DNA of 64,000 bases from an uncultured Acidobacteriota bacterium (lineage in GTDB: Bacteria > Acidobacteriota > UBA6911). Below, in pieces: positions 59,479 to 64,000 of this stretch (positions are counted from its first letter, which is position 1; every line of letters begins with the position of its first letter). A program made the translations under genes and the position numbers. Under the pieces are notes generated by a model. That model had not been told where the DNA came from. It saw nothing but the letters and a program-made list of their open reading frames with translations, and made no database searches. The stretch covers positions 96,001 through 160,000 of the forward strand of contig CAWHCF010000052.1 in assembly GCA_963827655.1 (NCBI GenBank). The letters run 5' to 3'.

Positions 59479-60134
59479 GGATAGGGGCAGCTGTTCCAAC
59501 TCAAACTCGGGAGCCCGGTAACGGCCGATTATATTTGAGGGTGAGATTTCCAGTGGGCTGGAAGCCAGTGCCAATATCGCGGACAACTGGGCATCGGGCT
59601 ATCGCCATCCAGGGGCTGTGCACGCACGAGACAAATCAGAAGCTGCACGAAAACCAGGCCGCCGGACCGTTGGACTTGAACCCGGTCAAATGCGCGTCTA
59701 ACCAGCGGGCTGACGTAGAGTCGGATCTTCAATGACGCCCCGCGGACCAAGCTGAAAAAACCAGTCGTCGCCGTTTGTGACTGTGATACATTGGTTTTGT
59801 CACGAGGGAAGTGAAGTCTCCCGTTCTCCTCGTAGATCGAATACCAACGCCTTGAGTGGGTAACGGATTGGCGTCTGTTTTCGAATCTGTAAGAGGGGGA
59901 TCAAGTGGACAGGAAGGATTGTCCATCGATCCGAATAAAGTCTGAGTTTTTCGTCTAACTGCTTGAGAAGCGTGAAAGCGGGAGTAATTCAGCGGTAGGA
60001 TTTTGCACCATTTTTCGACCCACAAACAAGCGCAAGCCTCAACAAGCAACCCCAATACAATCAACATAATCCGAGCGCTTCATAGTTTTCACACTTTTCC
60101 TCGTCTGCGTATTTTTGCTGTTTCCCGCCATTTT

Positions 60135-60236
60135 TTTGTTACCCTATTGTTACTTTGGTTGTAATTCTGTATTTTGAATTACTATCCGCCCATTTTCGGG
60201 TGTAATTCAAAACCCGGGTAACAATAGGGTAACAAA
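60135..60236. repeat. Nested inverted repeats upstream of the integrase (candidate att/arm sites)
   Basis: TTTGTTACCCTATTGTTAC / GTAACAATAGGGTAACAAA (19 bp, perfect) enclosing TTTTGAATTAC / GTAATTCAAAA. Confidence 0.8.
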
Positions 60237-60246
60237 TCGGGAGACA

Positions 60247-61362
60247 GTGGTGAAAATATTCTTGAGGCAGAAGAAGCTTCTGGACGGAAGGAAGTCGATC
60301 TACCTGGATATGTACCGCCAGGGGCATCGCCGGTATGAATTCCTGAACCTGTACCTTACGGGCAATCGTGACGCCGACAAGGAAACCATGCGGCTGGCCG
60401 AAGCCATTGTGGCCAAGCGAAAGCTCGCTTCCGTGAGCGCCGACCATGACCTGCCAGCGCCATCACGACTTCAGGAAGATTTCGTGGCCTACTGCCGGCG
60501 GCTGGCAGAGGATCAGCAAGCCTACAATACACGGCTCGTCTGGAACAACGCCATTGCCCGACTCGTTTCCTATGCCGGCCCGGTGATAAGCTTTGGCCAA
60601 TTGAGCGAAGATTTCATCAAGGGATTCCGAGAAAATCTGCTCAAAGATCTGAAGCGGAATTCGGCCGCCGTCTACTTCGCAAAAATCAAAACTGCGATCC
60701 TGCGCGCTACCCGCAAGCACATCCTGCCAAGAAACCCGGCGGATGGAATCACGATCCGCACCGAAGAAACCAGCCGAGTGTATCTCACGCTGGCCGACCT
60801 GCGATGCCTTCAAAAAACCGATTGCGAAAACCAGGCCGTCAAAGACGCCTTCCTGTTTTCGGCATTTTCGGGGATGCGGTATTCGGATGTAAAGCGTCTC
60901 ACCTGGGGAAAAATAGAATCCGAAGACAATCGCTGGCGGATCGGATTCGTTCAACAGAAAACGGGGAGTCTGGAATGGCTTCCGCTGTCGGCGGAAGCAG
61001 TTTCCATCCTTCGGCATCAGAAGGATGCCCGGCCTTCCGGCCGGACCGAGAATCCTATCCCGGCCGACGCCGTCTTCAAGCTCCCGGCGCAACAGACCAT
61101 TGACAAGGCGATCAAGCGGTGGGCCGTGAGGGCCGGTCTCGAAAGGCGAATTTCCTTTCATACCGCCCGGCACACATTCGGCACACTCGGCCTGAAGCAC
61201 GGAATTGACATTTACACCATGTCCAAGCTTTTGGGGCACCGCAGCCTGGAAACAACCCAGATCTACGCAAAGGTGGTAGACGAGTCGAAGAGGAAGGCAG
61301 TTGCCCTGTTCCCGACGCTCCATCCGTCGGATTCGAAGCGGAAAAGCAGGAAGGGGAAATAA
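60247..61362 (+). CDS. Tyrosine recombinase/integrase
   Basis: Catalytic R (GMRYSD), K (QQKTG), HxxR (FHTARH), LLGH, Y (TQIYAK); arm-binding N-terminus SIYLDMY. Confidence 0.95.
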   Translation: MVKIFLRQKKLLDGRKSIYLDMYRQGHRRYEFLNLYLTGNRDADKETMRLAEAIVAKRKLASVSADHDLPAPSRLQEDFVAYCRRLAEDQQAYNTRLVWNNAIARLVSYAGPVISFGQLSEDFIKGFRENLLKDLKRNSAAVYFAKIKTAILRATRKHILPRNPADGITIRTEETSRVYLTLADLRCLQKTDCENQAVKDAFLFSAFSGMRYSDVKRLTWGKIESEDNRWRIGFVQQKTGSLEWLPLSAEAVSILRHQKDARPSGRTENPIPADAVFKLPAQQTIDKAIKRWAVRAGLERRISFHTARHTFGTLGLKHGIDIYTMSKLLGHRSLETTQIYAKVVDESKRKAVALFPTLHPSDSKRKSRKGK

Positions 61363-62240
61363 TGAGTCCTAGAGAGAATAGGGATTTTTACCGGGAGAAC
61401 GTCGAGACCCTCAGAAGCGCTTTTCAAGAAATCCTGCACCATCATTTTCTCCTGTTGTCGGCCTTTATTCCGAAAATCGTCGAAACCATCAAGGCAGCGT
61501 TATCCGAATCTCTTTCCGAGGCGTCGGAAGAACGGGGAAAGACAACGCCTGCAATCAACGCCCTTTTGATTCCGGACGCCGAGAATGCGATTTTTTACGA
61601 GACGCCCCGGGCGACGGTAATTTCCTCGATTGACGTGGCCAAGGCCATTGAATTCGATTTCCGATACCTGGAGCAGGGCGATGTTGCCGCGCTCAAAGAC
61701 GTCCTGGACCATCAACAGGAAGCACTTGAGCACCTTATGGTGATGATTCCGCCGCAACTCGGCATTGGCAGGGAAATTCTTGATCCATTTCAGATACGAA
61801 TGAATGCCCTGGTGCAAAATAGCAGGGGGGAGAAGCGCTTCCAGGTTGAATATCTGAAAGCCAAGGAAGATCTCATGCCCACGAATTTGCGTTTGTGGGT
61901 TCATAAGGCGAATGTTGCGCTAGATTATTTGCAGGACAACCCGGCGCCCGTAGCCGTGGTTGATTTGCCGGTTCCAGTATCCCGACCGGAAACAAGACGG
62001 CCGGTTTGGAGCTCGACCGATAATAGTTTTGCAGAATTGATCGTGGAACTTCATAAAAAGGGCTATATCGACGGACAAAGCCCGATGGATGTCCTGGCAG
62101 CGGTCGCCCCGCTGTTTGAAAACGTCAATCCTGACGGACGTACCTTGTGGCAGGGAATTGCCAATCGCGCTCATAAGGGGAATCGATTTGCCTCTATTCC
62201 AGCGGCTCCAAAGCCGAGAAAAAAGGCAAGGTCACGGTAG
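61362..62240 (+). CDS. Hypothetical protein with an RteC-like C-terminal domain
   Basis: TAATG coupling to the integrase; VWSSTDNSFAELIVELHKKGYI resembles the RteC motif. Confidence 0.55.
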   Translation: MSPRENRDFYRENVETLRSAFQEILHHHFLLLSAFIPKIVETIKAALSESLSEASEERGKTTPAINALLIPDAENAIFYETPRATVISSIDVAKAIEFDFRYLEQGDVAALKDVLDHQQEALEHLMVMIPPQLGIGREILDPFQIRMNALVQNSRGEKRFQVEYLKAKEDLMPTNLRLWVHKANVALDYLQDNPAPVAVVDLPVPVSRPETRRPVWSSTDNSFAELIVELHKKGYIDGQSPMDVLAAVAPLFENVNPDGRTLWQGIANRAHKGNRFASIPAAPKPRKKARSR

Positions 62241-62246
62241 AATCAG

Positions 62247-62264
62247 TGACTCAACGTTGAGTCA
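62247..62264. promoter_or_regulatory. Perfect 18-bp palindrome, candidate operator
   Basis: TGACTCAACGTTGAGTCA, ending 65 bp upstream of the excisionase start. Confidence 0.55.
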
Positions 62265-62329
62265 ATTTTGATGGCTACGGTTCTTTGAAATAATTGCGCT
62301 CGGTTAGTTGTTGTTAAGGGGAGCGCAAA

Positions 62330-62617
62330 ATGACAAAGAGCGATTTGGTTGATCTGGACGGCAGGCTCGACAGAATCGAACGGCTCGTCCTGCGCATGGG
62401 CACCCAGGAGTCTGGACCGCTCGACCTGGATGCAGCCGCGAAATATCTCGGCATCTCCAAATCTCACCTTTATCACCTAACAAGCAAAGGCCTGATCGGT
62501 CATTTCAAGCCCGCCGGGAAGAAAATTTACTTCGACAAGGCGGACCTGGATTCGTATCTCAAGCGCAAGCGAGTGATGCCGCCCTGGGAAATCGACCGTG
62601 CTGCGGCAATGAAATAG
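62330..62617 (+). CDS. Excisionase-like helix-turn-helix protein (HTH_17)
   Basis: LDAAAKYLGISKSHLYHLTSKGLIGHFKP.GKKIYF.KADLDSYL. Confidence 0.88.
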   Translation: MTKSDLVDLDGRLDRIERLVLRMGTQESGPLDLDAAAKYLGISKSHLYHLTSKGLIGHFKPAGKKIYFDKADLDSYLKRKRVMPPWEIDRAAAMK

Positions 62618-62890
62618 GAGCCGCTTGCCGGCGGAAAGAGCCCGTTCGGGCGAACCCAGGCAGGCTTCGATATAGCACGCGGTGCGATTCCGACAGATAC
62701 CGGAAGAATTCGTAATCACCGCCATCGCGGCTATCGCAACGGTCGGCAACCACTCCGGTTAATTGCAGCCTGCCCGACGGCCGATGCCTCCACAAGGGGG
62801 GGCATGACTCAGGTTTCAATCCACTCCCGTCCATTTGGAGCGGTAGGGAATGCACGGATCATCCGTCCTATTTTTAGAGGAGTCCGGAAT

Positions 62891-63658
62891 ATGAACAGAT
62901 TGCACACGTCTGACACCCAATCTCCAAATCACGCTTCTTCGACCCGCAAGAGAACCATTTTCTCCATGGGCGGTAAGGGCGGTGTCGGCAAGACCTCCGT
63001 CATGACCGGTCTGGCCGAATGGCTCCACATGAACCAGATCCCCGTCACTCTCCTGGATCTCGACACCGAGAACAAGGCGCGCGGATCGCTGACCCACTTC
63101 TTCGGGGGCCAGGTACCCAAGGTAAACATCCACACCCCGGCAGGCTTGGATGCGTTTATCGATCATCTCGCCGACGGCGCTCCCGTGGTCCTTGCCGACA
63201 TGGGAGCGGGCTCCGGCCAGGTCACCTACGACTGGTTCGATACCATGTACACCGATCTTGCAGACGCGGGAATCGCCTTCACTACGGTCGGAATCGTGAC
63301 CGCCGATCCCGCCAGCGTCGAAAGTGTCCTCTCCTGGGCCGGGCATCTGCAAAGCCGGGTTGCTTACCTTATCGTCGAAAACAGCATCACCGCCTATTGC
63401 GATTTCACTTACTGGCGGGCCACCGCCCAGGCACAGCAGTTCCGCGAGGCCTTTGCGCCCGCCGTCATTCATATCGATTACCGTCTCGCCGAGCTGGAAA
63501 ACGCCGCGCGCAATCACGGCGTTACCCTGGGCAGCGTCGCGGCAAGACGAGCCGACGTGGAGGAACTGCGTAAGGCCTCCATTGTCATGCGGGCCCAAAG
63601 CTACCGGCGACGGATGTTTGCCGAGTTCGACAGGGTGAAGGAGTTGCTGCTGCCATGA
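62891..63658 (+). CDS. ParA/MinD-type P-loop NTPase (MobD/TraA-like accessory protein)
   Basis: Deviant Walker A GGKGGVGKT, DLDTEN, LADMGAG. Confidence 0.75.
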   Translation: MNRLHTSDTQSPNHASSTRKRTIFSMGGKGGVGKTSVMTGLAEWLHMNQIPVTLLDLDTENKARGSLTHFFGGQVPKVNIHTPAGLDAFIDHLADGAPVVLADMGAGSGQVTYDWFDTMYTDLADAGIAFTTVGIVTADPASVESVLSWAGHLQSRVAYLIVENSITAYCDFTYWRATAQAQQFREAFAPAVIHIDYRLAELENAARNHGVTLGSVAARRADVEELRKASIVMRAQSYRRRMFAEFDRVKELLLP

Positions 63659-64000
63659 CTTCAAAACCGAAAGAGACCGAAATCCCTGCGCAAAAGATGA
63701 TTGACTTTCTCGCCGAGGGACAGTCCGCTGAAGTTAAAGCTGCCTTGTATCGCGAGATGACATACTGCCACTCACTTCCCCAAAATGACGAAATGCTGCG
63801 CATCATCAGCATCCTGGGGATCCTGACGGCTCTGATAAAGCAGATCCCCACCAACATTGCCGTCGAGCGCGAAGGATTCAAACGGCTTTTCGCGGAAGCC
63901 ACCTGCCTATTGAATGAGACCCTTTCGGCCAGCACAAGATATCTGAAAGATCTCAATGCCCGATTAACCAAACTCCCTGAGGAAATCGGCAGCGGAATCA
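63655..64000 (+). CDS. Hypothetical protein, 3' end outside window
   Basis: ATGA overlap with the ATPase stop; open frame MTSKPKETEIPAQKMIDFLAEGQ..NDEMLRII to the window end. Confidence 0.65.
   Translation, partial: MTSKPKETEIPAQKMIDFLAEGQSAEVKAALYREMTYCHSLPQNDEMLRIISILGILTALIKQIPTNIAVEREGFKRLFAEATCLLNETLSASTRYLKDLNARLTKLPEEIGSGI

Larger units (their letters stand above)
60135..64000 (+). mobile_element. Left end of an integrative (mobilisable) element; continues beyond the window
   Basis: Integrase, regulator-like ORF, excisionase, ParA/MobD-like ATPase and a partner ORF in one orientation; AT-rich boundary; exact left end uncertain. Confidence 0.75.

Noticed and set aside
59480-60130. tRNA/tmRNA integration target or genes upstream of the integrase
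   Set aside because: No cloverleaf or T-loop/CCA pattern recognised; the short ORFs lack motifs.
62620-62800. oriT between xis and the ATPase
   Set aside because: Small palindromes such as GCCCGTTCGGGC are present, but no recognisable nic motif and no relaxase in the window.

Overview
GC-rich bacterial chromosome segment, most consistent with an Acidobacteriota genome (inferred from gene order and gene content). Bases 1-52 kb are mostly core genes on the + strand: serA 3' end, argRCBDAJ, leuA-leuB-pheA, lipA, nfeD/slipin, lnt-prfB, lptC/A-lptB-rpoN-hpf-rapZ-PTS, msbA-like, yicC-gmk-rpoZ-coaBC-era-udg-priA, kdsB-pyrG and rpiA. Bases 52-64 kb are accessory: nrfHA with a CxxCH-type NrfA, SulP, gene remnants, a two-component module, and the left end of a tyrosine-integrase element. 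The best candidate for an uncharacterised system is a tightly coupled four-gene operon at 44.7-48.4 kb. It encodes two non-canonical Ddl-like ATP-grasp ligases, a GNAT and a KamA-type radical SAM aminomutase, behind sigma54- and sigma70-like promoters, and may make a beta-lysine-containing acylated peptide. Other highlights: an unannotated Leu-rich leader peptide with a switchable RBS-sequestering structure before leuA; a ~240-bp MITE family; two families of intergenic tandem-repeat hairpins (7-mer and 9-mer); a CxxS cysteine homologue of the selenoprotein PrdB/GrdB; the programmed prfB frameshift; and several single-base frameshifts that look like assembly errors. All calls come from motif reading; no database searches were run.
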